Positions 12,118 through 25,637 of a stretch of 38,525 nt of DNA are shown piece after piece; position 1 is the first letter of the stretch, and each line of letters begins with the position of its first letter. The notes beneath the pieces are model-generated. The model was not told the DNA's origin. It did not search any database and saw only the letters and a list, made by a program, of their open reading frames with translations. Source of the DNA: Tubiluchus corallicola (Eukaryota; Animalia; Priapulida); NCBI GenBank assembly GCA_030141605.1, contig JAQGDQ010001485.1, positions 1-38,525 of the forward strand, written 5' to 3'. The position numbers and the translations under genes were made by a program.

Positions 12118-13560
12118 AGGAAAGACCGTAGGTCATCTAATCACTCACCCCCCCCCCCATACTTTAATATTGTAGTAGCAGAAAAAAGAACTGATGACAC
12201 TGGATGCAGTTATTGTTAATTAGTTTTTTCTAGTTTATTATTATCACATTCAGTACAATATAATGATATTAAGCACACAGTGGCATCAAAATTATTACAT
12301 TTACTGTATTAAATTGTTATGTTTCATACACTATCATTATCATAAAAGAATAATTGTACTGCAGTGGACTAGAGAAGCAAAGGCCTATATAAGCCCACTG
12401 TCATGTGAACCTGATAAAAAAGAATGGATGAGTGAACAAAAATAAAGAACCGGGAGAAAGGTTAGATCACACAGGAAGGGTAGAAGGATGTGTTAGTGGA
12501 AATGGTAGGAAGAAAGATAATAGATTGTGCTATGTTGACATCAGTTCTAAAGATTTATCAATGATGCCTTGTTTTGCATAATCTGTACCAGGATTGTGGT
12601 ATGACTGAATTACTTAAATAAAATAACCAAAATAAAGCAATAACAAAAAGAAAAATATAAAAACAAACAATAAATAAATATGTATGAATAAAATGTATTT
12701 GGAACTATTCAACTTGCAACTCTGGCAAGTTAGAACATGAATCAGTCTAAACAATCACAGACAGGAACTTCAAATTTCCTGTGTAGATTAGGGAAAAATC
12801 CTCTTTATTTGCTAAAATTCAGTGTTAGTTATTTGGACGACGTGGCATCGATCCAACTACAGTTTAGCAACTTTTGTACAAAGAACGATTGTAGTTGGCG
12901 TGAGTGTATAAGTCGTAGGTTGACCGCTGTTCAATGCTTCAAGAGTTGATCGAGTAAATAAATAACATTTGAAACAAAACTGGACCCAATCTTAAACTGC
13001 AAGTCAAAATAATCTACTCTTTAAAATATTGAAAGGAAACATACTATTTTTTCAAAAGTGACTTACGTGAAAGAATTGTTATCACACAAACACAATATCA
13101 CGTTCGCACCACTAGTTCTTTGCTGTTACGTGCAGTTTTTCATACACCAGTTAGATGGACATTAGCGCCCCCATCCAATTGCACAAAAGACAGGTGCTGT
13201 ACCTGTCGATCAGATGTGCTAGTTTGTGACGAACTGCACACGTTTGACAGCTCATGCGTGAACACAGCGGTTAATTTAAAATTTGAATTTTTATTTTAAA
13301 ACTTGCCTAGTTTTAGTACAACACACTGAAGTTTATACTTGAAATTTGTTGAGTCTTAATACAGGCCTATCACACCGAATGTTGCACAGTAGCACTGTAC
13401 TTCAATATCGTAAATTTTTAATTCGTAATTCTCGCCCAAGGAATTTTTGTGGTGTGTTGGGTGGTGTATGTTAGTTTGTGATGTCACCAATAATTAGGAT
13501 CGTACGCCATTGATTAAGTTTTTAATCTATTATCTAATTATCAGAAATGCTTTGGAACTA
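12118..13560 (-). repeat. Right arm of an inverted duplication of ~4250-5745
   Basis: 12781-12960 is the near-exact reverse complement of 4855-5033. Colinearity extends through family B on one side and family A on the other. Confidence 0.9.
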
Positions 13561-13985
13561 ATACAAATATTAATATGTATTTCTTGTGTGTTGGGTGGTG
13601 TATGTTAGTTTGTGATGTTACCAATAATTAGGTTCGCCCGCCATTAATTAAGTTTTTAATCTATTATCTAATTATCAGAAATGCTTTGACATTATTACAA
13701 ATATTAATATGTATTTCTTGTGTGTTGGGTGGTGTATGTTAGTTTGTGATGTCACCAATAATTAGGATCGCCCGCCATTAATGAAGTTTTTAATCTATTA
13801 TCTAATTATCAGAAATGCTTTGGAACTAATACAAATATTAATATGTATTTCTTGTGTGTTGGGTGGTGTATGTTAGTTTGTGATGTTACCAATAATTAGG
13901 TTCGCCCGCCATTAATTAAGTTTTTAATCTATTATCTAATTATAAGAAATGCTTTGGCCTCATTACAAATATTAATATGTATAGT
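13450..13985. repeat. 134-bp tandem repeat, 4 copies, derived from the family A interior
   Basis: gtgtgttgggtggtgtatgttagtttgtgatg recurs at ~134-bp spacing. Confidence 0.92.
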
Positions 13986-14334
13986 TTTTACCGTATTTCA
14001 AAATGGTCAAGAATACGAAACATCATCCTGTTTTTTTTTCAAGAATGTTTAAATCGCAGGTACACCTATCACTGCTAAGTCGGAAAGAGGTACCAATCAC
14101 AGCTACAAGTCTCTTACACTTTTACATTCACCGACTGACTCACAAACATACTCATTCAATTACATTCCGCTAAGATGCCGCGATCAGAAAACAGAAAAGA
14201 CCCACGAACAGAAAAATTACTGAAACATTTTTATAAGAATTTTTAAAAAACACAAAACAGAGGTGTAATTCATTCAATAGGCAATTGATACAATTAGATC
14301 TAATTTAGATCTTGAGTTAGATCTATAGACTCAC

Positions 14335-14413
14335 CATGCGGAGGATGAATGTTCAATTCCCTGTCCAGTCTAATGTTTGCCGGGACTGTCCTGTTGATCA
14401 ATTCTTCGATGGT
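14335..14413 (-). CDS. GLDC: Glycine decarboxylase coding exon 2 (79 nt)
   Basis: Acceptor ttctag|, translates TIEELINRTVPANIRLDRELNIHPPH(G), donor G|GTGAGT. Matches the P-protein 'IDELI..TVP.NIRL' segment and phases join exons 1 and 3. Too short for the ORF track. Confidence 0.93.
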
Positions 14414-14754
14414 CTAGAAATGTAAAAGAAAACAAATTCAATTCAATTTTAATTTATTTATCTCTTTATAATACTACGATAAAACATGATTAATAAAAGA
14501 ATCGCTAATAAGTTTTGAAGAATGGTTAAAATGTATAGATAGATCTAGAACTAGAGAAAGGATAGCGAAAAACAGTTTGTTAAATGCAGATTTTTTATTA
14601 CTCAAAAGGCAATATGATAGTAGAATTACAAATTAGATTGTTAGTTTCAAAACTTCAGAAAGTTAAGATTTTTAAAATGATAGCTTAGCGAATATCATAA
14701 AGAAAGTTTTCATACAACCTTTCATTGTGCGTAACTGTTTAAAATGGTTCTTAA

Positions 14755-15152
14755 TAATAAGCCTTTTGACGGTTCCATTTATTGATGGTGATCGTGAAAA
14801 GGTCAAAGGTTAAGTGTACGAGGCAATGCATTTGTGAACACTTGACAATGCCACGCAGCTCATGCTATTGTAATACTAACAGTTTTAACAGCTAGCTGGA
14901 ACCTTACCTAGTTCATTTTTCTTGTTCCCAAGCAAGATCCTGCTAGTAAATCAATCTACACACAGACTAATGCATTATTAAATAAAGTCCACGTAAAACA
15001 ACTGAAGTTACTGAACTGATGCGGCAGACGGCTTTGCCTTACACATATGTCACGCGAAGATTGCAGTTAAGACGCGTTGCGTGTGGTACACTTAACCCTT
15101 GACCTACAGCAGCTGTGCGTGTCCATAACGAAACCAGGAAAGAGGCTTATTA
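14755..15152. mobile_element. ~400-bp MITE with imperfect ~65-bp terminal inverted repeats (possibly PIF/Harbinger-like)
   Basis: Termini taataagcct / aggcttatta, plus an inner inverted pair aggtcaaaggttaagtgtac / gtacacttaacccttgacct. Confidence 0.6.
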
Positions 15153-15229
15153 AAAATGTTTGCAGAAACTGGCAAAATGTCTTTGATACAATGCAATGTA
15201 ACTCACACTTTTGCTTACAGGACTAGAAA

Positions 15230-16140
15230 AGGGGTACCTGAAGTAGGTTTCAGAAAAATCGCCTTAAATATTACTTCATAGCAATTTTATGCGTATATCG
15301 TACTCGCATAGAAAGGAATTTTAGTTTGTTTTCATTTTAAATCTCCCGCAATACTGTTCCGAAGTCGCCATTACATGACGTCATGCACCAAACGTAAATC
15401 AAGGGAAGAAAAGGCAATGTTAAATTATGTCTCAAAAGACTTTCCATGCAAATCTATATTACTTAGATTTTCGCTTACCTACTAGAAAGACTTATGTAAC
15501 TAGAAAAGAAAATTATTAATTATTTAAAATGTTTTCACAAATTGGTAAAATGTCACCGACTCACCCTCCAGGGTGCACCACACAGTAATCAAAAAAACGT
15601 ATTTTTAATCTTATTGAGAAGATACAGTAATTTTAAATTTCATTTGGTGACTTGTGCGCTACGAATGCTCTGATTATTTTTCCAAACTTTACAAAATGTT
15701 ATCTAAAGTTGTTTCAAATGACCTGTCGTGAAAATAGCTGCGTCTAACGGTCATCGCGAGAGTTTAAATTTACATGTTTTATACAGCGTGAATGCCGATT
15801 GAAGTCCTGCATGTAAAAAGGCAGTACGTAAGTGACATAAAATTTCAAAACGAATTTTTCAAGCTTTATGTTTATGAAGGGTTTTCTTGTGCTTCAATAA
15901 GCGAAGAGTGAACTACGAAAATTTACATTTTTCAAATTTTACTTAATTTGTTACTCAAACTTGATCCGGGACCATTAAAATGGCTGCACCTAACGGTCAT
16001 CACGGAAGTTTAAATTTACAAGTTTTATACAGCGTTGCTGCAAATGCAAGCTCTGTATGCAATAAGACAGTGTGTAGGTGATATAAAACTTCAAGACAAT
16101 TTTTCACGTACGCGTTGTAAAAGATTTTCCTGTCCTTTAG
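15230..16140 (+). mobile_element. Repeat family C, left TIR plus duplicated internal segment
   Basis: Starts aaggggtacctgaagtaggttt. aaaatggctgc...taacggtcatc...gtttaaatttaca is present twice (~15730 and ~15978). Confidence 0.75.
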
Positions 16141-16201
16141 TAAGACTAGTAAGTTAGTAAGACTAGTAAGTTAGTAAGACTAGTAAGTTAGTAAGACTAG
16201 T
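16139..16201. repeat. 17-bp tandem repeat, ~3.5 copies
   Basis: Unit taagactagtaagttag. Confidence 0.85.
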
Positions 16202-16949
16202 TAAAGTTTTCAGGTAATTAAAGCTAAAAAAGACAATGTCACGCTGCCAAAGAACTCATGAGACAGGATATTGAAAAGCTGTCTTCTAAGCAAAATAATT
16301 AGGTAGTGGGTACATCAGACCCTCAACCCATTGTTGACCCTCAATTCACCTCTGGTGGATTTTAAACATTTCAGCTGTGCTTTCTTTACAAACCATATAG
16401 ACTTGTGCAGGGTAGATTGTTTTCTTTTAAATCTTAACTTCATTTTATAATCTAAGCTTTGCACGAAGGAAGGGGAACAGGAAACAGTTATTAGCATGGA
16501 AACATACTTTTGCATTCACGCATTCATAGTTCTTTCCTGTTACCTGCATTTCACCATTTGTTAGTTAGATGAACACTAGCACCTGCATCTTGGAAACAAT
16601 TTTCCACAAAAAATGAGCGCTGTACCTCTTAGCTAAGCGTTGTTCGGTTGTGACATCATGCACACGTTCGAAAACTCCTGCGACAAGCACAGTCGCAAAC
16701 TTGAAATTTAAATTTTTAACTTAAATTTTGCCGAGTTTTGTAGAATCATTTTGAGTACTGTACAGTACCACTTTACTTTCAATTTCACAAAGGAATTGGC
16801 TTGGAATGTTTGTGCTGCAGAAAATTATGTTCAGTTGTGACGTCATCACTAGTAGGGGTCACCTGCCATTTTTCAAGTTTTTAACCTACTATTTAATTGT
16901 CAGGAGCCTTTTGAAATCATTATAGGTGTTAAAATATGTACTTTTTACC

Positions 16950-17200
16950 GTGTGTGTGCATGCATGTGTGTGTGCGTGGGTGTGTGTGCATGGGTGTGAG
17001 TGTGTGTGTGTGTGTGTGTGCGTGTGTGCGTGCGTGCGTGCGTGCATGTATGTATGTATGTATGTATGTATGTATGTATGTATGTATGTATGTATGTATG
17101 TATGTATGTATGTATGTATGTATGTATGTATGTATGTATGTATGTATGTATGTATGTATGTATGTATGTATGTATGTATGTATGCATGCATGTATGTATT
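16950..17200. repeat. (TG)n/(TGCG)n/(TATG)n compound microsatellite at the end of a diverged family A copy (~16545-16950)
   Basis: Directly visible. Confidence 0.97.
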
Positions 17201-18243
17201 GTATATATGTTATGTAGTTCATTGACAAATAATTTCAAAAAACTGTAGAAAACGAAAAAAATCGTTGTGTTTTCCTTTAAATAATTGTACTTTCTTTCCA
17301 TCAGGCACGACAGATGTCGGAAGGTATACTTGACAGAATTTCACCTTGCAAACTTGAATAATTCAACAGCTACAGTCTAAAAGTGGCTGAAATTCATAAA
17401 TTACTAGCCAGTGAATTCAGAGGCAATTTATTCCATAAAAAAGCTTTATGATTCAACAGAAACACCTGCTAGCGATCTAGTGGAACGGCAGGCTGAAGTG
17501 CCATAAAGTTTTACAGCCTAGACACAACACGCAGAGTTCAAACTGCTGCACATGGAGAGCCTGCAATGTTGAAAAGTGATTTGATTAGCAAAAGCTTTGC
17601 TGTCAGCATCCAATGTTACAGTCATATATGTCATCATCATTTTATATTCCATCCTGTGGCACTAATGATCATATATGAGCTTCATTCATTACACCACTCC
17701 ATTCTGTAGCACTAATGTTTTCTTTATCACACGATTCACTTCAAATTTTCAGATTATTTCCATTATTTTTTTTTCTTTCACAGTGTGGGACAATCTAACA
17801 AGCCCTGCTTTTTCACTGCCCGCAACACATTTACATTTGTATATATAGCAAAGCTAAACTATGGTATATCTAAACCAGTTATGTGCTCAAACTGTATACG
17901 AATTTACTAAACAACATAGAATAGTGATAATTCTCTTGTTTATCTTTTAACCCCACAGTGTTTTGAGAGTCAAGTTAGTATATTTGTAATGATGCTGTAC
18001 ATAACATTGTTTAGACACCGGTATTAAAGGAAGTAGCATCTTTGTTTACCATAGGTTGACCTACGTCTAAAGACAGTTTAAATCATTTTTTCCAAAATTT
18101 GCTTCCTATTATGTATCTTACTGTTTGTTATTCATTGAATTATTAACTTTTTGTTTCTTTTAATGTATTAATTGTGTATTTGTGTTGATGTGAAATAACT
18201 AAACAATAAACAGTCATGCTAGATTGAGTCTATATTTTAAATA

Positions 18244-18904
18244 TACAGGGTGTTTCAAAAGTCAATATAGCATGCTTTGATTTCAAATTTTGTTTAAATT
18301 TTTGTCTAATTTCGGCAAGTTCCTGCAAGAATCCAAAAACCCTGTTGCCATGGCAACAACAGCGAAAAAGATGAGATGCAAAATCAATCTGGCACGAGGA
18401 CCTTCGATGTCCAACTAGAGTTTAGCTGAAATTCAGAGGACGTCACTGGACCACGCTATTTTTGCATTATTAATGATGTAGTTTTTTGACAAGGCTCAGG
18501 CCTTCCAGCACTGATGAGTTGTGGTTAGGGTGAGCATTCTCTACCAGAAAGCGAATTTGAATCAAATCAAATTTGTGACTTTCGAATTCAAATCGAACCG
18601 AACTTCTTCAGTATTTCGAAAGAATTGAAAGATTTTCGAACCAACAGTCAAAATTTTTCTTACAAAGTCATGCATATTGCTCGATTTTGTTCTGCAGTAA
18701 AATCACTAATAATTGTGCCCAGAAGTCACAGCTAAATTATCTTAATTGCATGATGTTTCAATTCTTTTAACAGTAACAAACATATGTAATTGAAGTGCTG
18801 AATTATTCGAATCTTTAGTTTTAGTTTCGAATCGAATTCGAACTAAAAAAACCCGAAAATATAGAAAAGCTGAACTGTATAGCAAACTTATGAGACACCC
18901 TGTA
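18244..18904. mobile_element. Tc1/mariner-type MITE with TA flanks, carrying a nested family E fragment (~18526-18850)
   Basis: TA-CAGGGTGTTTCA at 18244 and TGAGACACCCTG-TA ending at 18904. Confidence 0.7.
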
Positions 18905-19143
18905 TATATTACCATCTGCTCAAAGTTTAAGTTCATCTGAACCAATTTTCAAACATTTTGTTTCAAAGAAAATATAGAAAAGCTGAACTGTATAGCAAAC
19001 TTATGAGACACCCTGTATACATTACCATCTGCTCAAAGTTTTAGTTCATCTGTACCAATTTTCAAACATTTTGTTTCAAAGAAAATATAGAAAAGCTGAA
19101 CTGTATAGCAAACTTATGAGTCACCCTGTATACATTACCATCT
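18855..19143. repeat. 113-bp tandem triplication spanning the MITE right end and its flank
   Basis: atagaaaagctgaactgtatagc at 18861, 18974 and 19087. Confidence 0.92.
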
Positions 19144-19426
19144 GCCTCTCACGTAAATAATGCAGGTATATTCTCACTCACAGTATGGCAATCAATAGGG
19201 CCACATACCCTGATATCATGCACATTTTGTTATCGTCATATTCACACGTATATTTGCAACCCAAGAACCAGATTTTCTACATTTTCTATAATTTATCTGT
19301 GAATAAACTGAACTGAACTGAACTCACATGAACCAAGAAAATAACATGTAAGGTGGCAGTGGTTATGAAACAAGCAAAAATTCTGCTTTTATTTAAACAA
19401 ACACAGTTATGGGGACAGCAATTTCT

Positions 19427-21683
19427 ACACATTTCATGCTAAAGGTGTCACATGCCGAGTCAGCATGTGCATGCATTACAAAACCAAGCACACTTTCATG
19501 CTACAGGCGTCAGATGCCGAGTCAGCATGTGTAGTGTCACATGCCAAGTCAGCATGTGTATACATTACAAAACCGAGCACATTTTCATGCTACAGGTGTC
19601 AGATGCCGAGTCAGCATGTGTATACATTACAAAACCGAGCACATTTTCATGCTACAGGTGTCAGATGCCGAGTCAGCATGTGCATACACTACAAACCAAG
19701 CACATTTTCATGCTACAGGTGTCACATGCCGAGTCAGCATGTGCATGCATTACAAAACCAAGCACACTTTCATGCTACAGGTGTCAAATGCCGAGTCAGC
19801 ATGTGTATACACTACAAAACCGAGCACATTTTCATGCTACAGGTGTCAGACGTCGAGTCAGCATGTGCATATGCTACAAAACCGAGCACATTTTCATGCT
19901 ACAGGTGTCAGATGCTGAGTCAGCATGTGCATACATTACAAAACCGAGCACATTTTCATGCTACAGGTGTCAGATGCCGAGTCAGCATGTGCATACACTA
20001 CAAAACCGAGCACATTTTCATGCTACAGGTGTCAAATGCCGAGTCAGCATGTGTATACATTACAAAACCGAGCACATTTTCATGCTACAGGTGTCAGATG
20101 CCGAGTCAGCATGTGCATGCATTACAAAACCAAGCACATTTTCATGCTACAGGGGTCAGATGCCGAGTCAGCATGTGTATACACTACAAAACCAAGCACA
20201 TTTTCATGCTACAGGCGTCAGATACAGAGTCAGCATGAGTATACACTACAAAACCAAGCACATTTTCATGCTACAGGCGTCAGATGCCGAGTCAGCATGT
20301 GTATACATTACAAAACCGAGCACATTTTCATGCTACAGGTGTCAGATGCCGAGTCAGCATGTGCATACACTACAAAACCGAGCACATTTTCATGCTACAG
20401 GTGTCAAATGCCGAGTCAGCATGTGTATACACTACAAAACCAAGCACATTTTCATGCTACAGGTGTCAAATGCCGAGTCAGCATGTGTATACATTACAAA
20501 ACCGAGCACATTTTCATGCTACAGGTGTCAGATGCCGAGTCAGCATGTGTATACACTACAAAACCAAGCACATTTTCATGCTACAGGCGTCAGATACAGA
20601 GTCAGCATGAGTATACACTACAAAACCAAGCACATTTTCATGCTACAGGCGTCAGATGCCGAGTCAGCATGTGTATACGCTACAAAACCGAGCACATTTT
20701 CATGCTACAGGTGTCAGATGCCGAGTCAGCATGTGCATACGCTACAAAACCAAGCACATTTTCATGCTACAGGTGTCAGATGCCGAGTCAGCATATGTAA
20801 ACACTACAAAACCGGGCACATTTTCATGCTACAGGTGTCAGATGCCGAGTCAGCATGTGCATATGCTACAAAACCAAGCACATTTTCATGCTACAGGTGT
20901 CAAATGCCGAGTCAGCATGTGTATACATTACAAAACCGAGCACATTTTCATGCTACAGGTGTCAGATGCCGAGTCAGCATGTGCATGCATTACAAAACCA
21001 AGCACATTTTCATGCTACAGGGGTCAGATGCCGAGTCAGCATGTGTATACACTACAAAACCAAGCACATTTTCATGCTACAGGTGTCAGATGCCGAGTCA
21101 GCATGTGTACACACTACAAAACCAAGCACATTTTCATGCTACAGGCGTCAGATACAGAGTCAGCATGAGTATACACTACAAAACCAAGCACATTTTCATG
21201 CTACAGGCGTCAGATGCCGAGTCAGCATGTGTATATGCTACAAAACCGAGCACATTTTCATGCTACAGGTGTCAGATGCCGAGTCAGCATGTGCATACGC
21301 TACAAAACCAAGCACATTTTCATGCTACAGGTGTCAGATGCCGAGTCAGCATATGTAAACACTACAAAACCGGGCACATTTTCATGCTACAGGTGTCAGA
21401 TGCCGAGTCAGCATGTGCATATGCTACAAAACCGGGCACATTTTCATGCTACAGGTGTCAGATGCCGAGTCAGCATGTGCATACGCTACAAAACCAGGCA
21501 CATTTTCATGCTACAGGTGTCAAATGCCGAGTCAGCATGTGCATACGCTACAAAACCGAGCACATTTTCATGCTACAGGTGTCAGATGCCGAGTCAGCAT
21601 GTGTATACGCTACAAAAGCGAGCACATTTTCATGCTATAGGTGTCAAATGCCGAGTCAGCATGTGCATATGCTACAAAACAGA
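19427..21683. repeat. 62-bp minisatellite, ~36 copies, in GLDC intron 1
   Basis: Unit cacattttcatgctacaggtgtcagatgccgagtcagcatgtgtatacattacaaaaccgag. Confidence 0.98.
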
Positions 21684-23245
21684 GTAAATTTTTTCCCCAC
21701 ACACTTGCACAGCGATTGAGTAGACATGACTGAAAAAGGGCTAAATGAGCCTGGATATGAACCACGAACATTTGGGTTACAAGTCTTTTGCCTAAATTAG
21801 TACACCACACAGTCCCTTCAAGGCAGGAATTATCTGAATCCTGATGGCACACTAACTAGTCCAACATTGTCGCTTGTCTGCTAAACCAATTGAATTGAAC
21901 TTTTATTCATTCACATTAGTATCTAGAGAAACAGGTGTGAGTTAATTAGTTATAAGCTTAATTACTAGAATGTTAATTAATGGATGGAAATCATGCAAAA
22001 AATCCTAAAAAAGAAAATGCAAAAAAGTCATGACTAAGCCAAACTTGAACCAGGAACTTTCTGACAACAAGTCCTGACCTTTTTACCATTCCGTTGTTTT
22101 AACTAGATGCTTGTAGCTCGGTAAAAAGAGGGTGACCAAAAGACAAAAGAAAATTTTAAATAAAACTGAGAACAGAAGGTGTAAGCAGAAAAGTCAGCAA
22201 GGAACGTAGAAGAGACGTTCCATTTCAAATACCTTGAAGGCCGGAACATTCTGCCATTGTAATTATTCCACAAGTGAACGAATGCTTTCAGTCCATGTGA
22301 GAAGTTGTCAGTTAATCAGGTTCCGTGTCTAATTTTTTGTCACGTAAAACTTTAAGGTGACCGACATGAGCCTAATCACTGTTAGGGCGGAATCTAAACA
22401 TAAGGATGTCAACTTTAGGGTAGGTAGGTAGCTGGAGACATGATAAGACCATTATAGGTGGGTGATTTAATGACGATACCATTATCTGATTTCACACATG
22501 CGTTCCAGCAGTAAACGATGCTACAAGAAAAGCGATACAAGAATTTAATTCAATTTATTTATTATTAACTCTACAAGAATTATCAACATACAGTATTAGG
22601 AATACATGTAATATTTTGAAGCAAAGGAGAAGGGCAGCGAAGAACCCGTAGGTTATCTAGTCAGCCACCCTTAAATAGATAGAATTAAGTACAATTAATT
22701 TTGGCATCGTTCTCAATTTAAATTTGTATTCTGTTGACGTGTGTAATTGGCAATTAAATGATGGGAAACGCAATACTGCAGAACGTTATAATTTAAATAA
22801 CCAAAAATTTACAATTCTAAAATATTGCAAATATGTACAGAAGATACAAAAATACTGTACTGAAGAATCCACTGACGATTTCCTGTTAATTAACAAGAAA
22901 ATGATATTGTTGTGTGTTCTTAGAAGGAAGAGCCAAGCCAAGAATAAAATGTACAAAAATACACAATATTGACAAACACTTTGCCATGCTGGAGTGATTT
23001 CTGACCTACCTTATGTATTTTCACTCTACATAGACTGTTCAGATTTTAATCGCATAATTTGTAAGGTGCATTAGAGGGTCCAAGGCCCCAAGCCAAGTCT
23101 CATTAGTAAAACTGATAGTAACTATAATGCCAAACTATAAATGCTCCAACAGAAATTTATTGATGGAGATATACCAATATGTATGATTTGCACATAGCTA
23201 TAGTATGGAACGTTTTTAATTTTCAATGCCAATTTTCAAAATTAC

Positions 23246-23494
23246 CTGGACACCGCAAAATTGAAGCATTTCTTTTTGGTCTGCTTCACTTGGTCCAATA
23301 TGCCGCTGCGTAAACTCGTCTGATCTTGGTATGTACTGGGCAAACTTTCCTTCAGACGAACAACACCTGACGGTGTTAATTCTGGGTCCCAAAGCATTTT
23401 TTGCGTCACTAGCTAAAACGATCGTTATTCCATAACTTCTTAACTTTTGAACATTCACAATAACATGCTCCAAGCTTTTTGCTACCCTATGCAT
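23246..23494 (-). CDS. GLDC: Glycine decarboxylase (glycine cleavage P protein), coding exon 1, including a putative mitochondrial presequence
   Basis: 83 codons, MHRVAKS...DEFTQRHIGPSEADQKEMLQFCGVQ, with the P-protein N-terminal F..RHIGP motif. Ends at donor CAG|GTAATT, phase 0. Confidence 0.93.
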
Positions 23495-23589
23495 TGCTAC
23501 TGCATCAACAAAACCACAAAGCTGAAGAGTAAAATAATTACAAACACAACTTTCACTTTCAGTTAGTTACAAACACATGACACACCACC

Positions 23590-23680
23590 ACATTCTCGGA
23601 TCGTCAACAACAGTGATCATGCGCGATCTCACGAGAAAAGTGCACCGTATTCTCACATGTTTGCGGCATTTACTACGACC
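23590..23680 (-). promoter_or_regulatory. Candidate GLDC proximal promoter
   Basis: Local CpG cluster 100-190 nt upstream of the ATG. Includes TCTCACGAGA (23627-23636), one mismatch from the TCTCGCGAGA promoter palindrome. Function is inferred only. Confidence 0.35.
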
Positions 23681-24934
23681 ACTCATTTTTAATAGAAGAA
23701 ATCTACTGGGCTGCAGTACAGCCATTAGCCAACAGGTTAATTACTACCACTTGGAGAAAACTTGAATAACGGACCCAGTGCAAAATGTTTTGGTTTTTAA
23801 CTGGAGTTACTCGTAAATATAGGTGAAATAGAGTGCGAATTAATGACCAAAGTTTGCCCTAACAATGCAGAGCCAGGTCACTAAACTGATGTGTGACTAT
23901 CTGTTTTTAGGCTGGTATGCAATACTGAAGCATGGCTAAGAGTAAATTAAAGACTTTTCATGCACTTTAAAATTATAGCTAGACAATAAATGCTCAATCA
24001 AGAGCATTATATTTCAGATACAGAAGCAGCTTCAATATTACTATTACAAGCATTTATAATTTTTTTTAATTTAATTACAACTGACTTCATTTCAGTAACA
24101 AAATTTGAACGCGTACCGCAATGTAAAAAATCTCCAAAGTTGTCATGATTATGTTCAGTATCCCTGTATTGATTTTTCTCTTTAAAATTAATATTTACAG
24201 CAACTGGAAGTACTACTGAAGTCAGCTGATATTACTGGTTTGTTAACGATTCCACATTTACCATGAGTTGAACTGTTGTAGAGTCCTGGCTTCAACTAAA
24301 ATAAATTGACATTCGTGTGTTAATGAAATATTGCCAGAACTGTTATCAAGAAACGACAAAACGGATTTAAACTCTCCAAGTAGGTTAAAGGCCATAATCG
24401 TATATATTAATTCTACTGGTATGTTATATACATATATATATATATATATATAAGATTCGAGGCTACAGCTTCGACGGCGGCACCATTTGCGGCGATCTAT
24501 ACATCAAACGAAAGGTCTCGATCTAGTGTCGTGCCATTGGGGGTTCATTTTTCGAATTGCAGGCTTTGCAAGGTGTACGAGATTTCAACAGCAAAGACTG
24601 AAGGAATGATGTATTCATTGCTGTTTTGGCAATGCTTTAATGGAATAAATTCACATGTAACAAGTTGTTTTTGCACCCCCAATGTTTATGAACCACCCTG
24701 TACAGGTAGATACCTGGGGGTATTCCATTAAAACAATAAATGAACTGCTAGACAGTTAGTTAAACAAATTTATTAACATATTAAATGCAACTTTAATAAA
24801 ACTTTAAATGTACATCCGTCTTATAACCTAAGCTTGACTTCAAAACAGAAACCATAAGACACTTTAATTTTCTTAGATAAAAACCACGTGTGCTTGCATA
24901 GCAAAATCGTCCAATAAGTTGACAATTGAGGTTT

Positions 24935-25525
24935 TCTAGTTATTCACATATTCTAAATCTCCATTCATGAGGATCATTTTGATACCAAGTTCATCGTTCT
25001 GCGTTATTTCTAAGCTGAGATAATCTACATTGAAGTTGAGGTGCAAGTTGGACACAGAAAAACATAATCTTGAGAAAATCACTGTTAAAGTCAGCCATTG
25101 TTTTTAGTCCGTGTTTCTACAAAACACTTAGCAACCGCACAAATGTTGGTTGCTACGGACTTTGCAAGAACACGTTGAAGTTATATTTAAATCCAGTAGA
25201 TGGCTGTTCCTGATGAAAATCTGGGCTTGTCAACAGAAAAAACCTGAAGCAAAATGACAGCTTCCATGGATTGCTATCAGAGTTTGAAAAAAACAAGTTT
25301 TTTAGAATTGCAGTGCTAGTTTCCAGCCAGAAAAGTGGGTATTTGTGTCATAAAATTAGGAACACTTTCTTGAATATAAAAGACCAATGTATTTAGCGTT
25401 TATTTTTATAAAAGCAAAAAAATTGACATTTGACCAAAATTTTGATGCATTCTACTTTGAAGCATCATAACGTAGTTTCAACTATGCCGATTTATGGACG
25501 GTTTTGGTTTGTAAGCAACACATAT
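24935..25525 (+). mobile_element. Repeat family D copy between GCSH and GLDC
   Basis: Direct, high-identity match to ~33730-34250 (tagttattcacatat...gaggatcattttgataccaagttcatc...tggacggttttggtttg). Confidence 0.85.
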
Positions 25526-25637
25526 AATGATCAACATAAAAACTAACATGATTCAATTCACGTAGCATGCAGACAAGAGCTAGTGCTTCACTCGGAGGTC
25601 TTGTTCTGCATAGTTATTGCACCGTAGTTTGTAAATA

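Noticed and set aside
16889-17301. (YIHT)n / (MYVC)n ORFs
   Set aside because: Translation of the (TATG)n microsatellite.
19427-21683. CRISPR-like array
   Set aside because: Units are head-to-tail with only point variants and no unique spacers. No cas genes are present and the context is a eukaryotic intron. The same applies to the 77-, 71- and 29-bp arrays.
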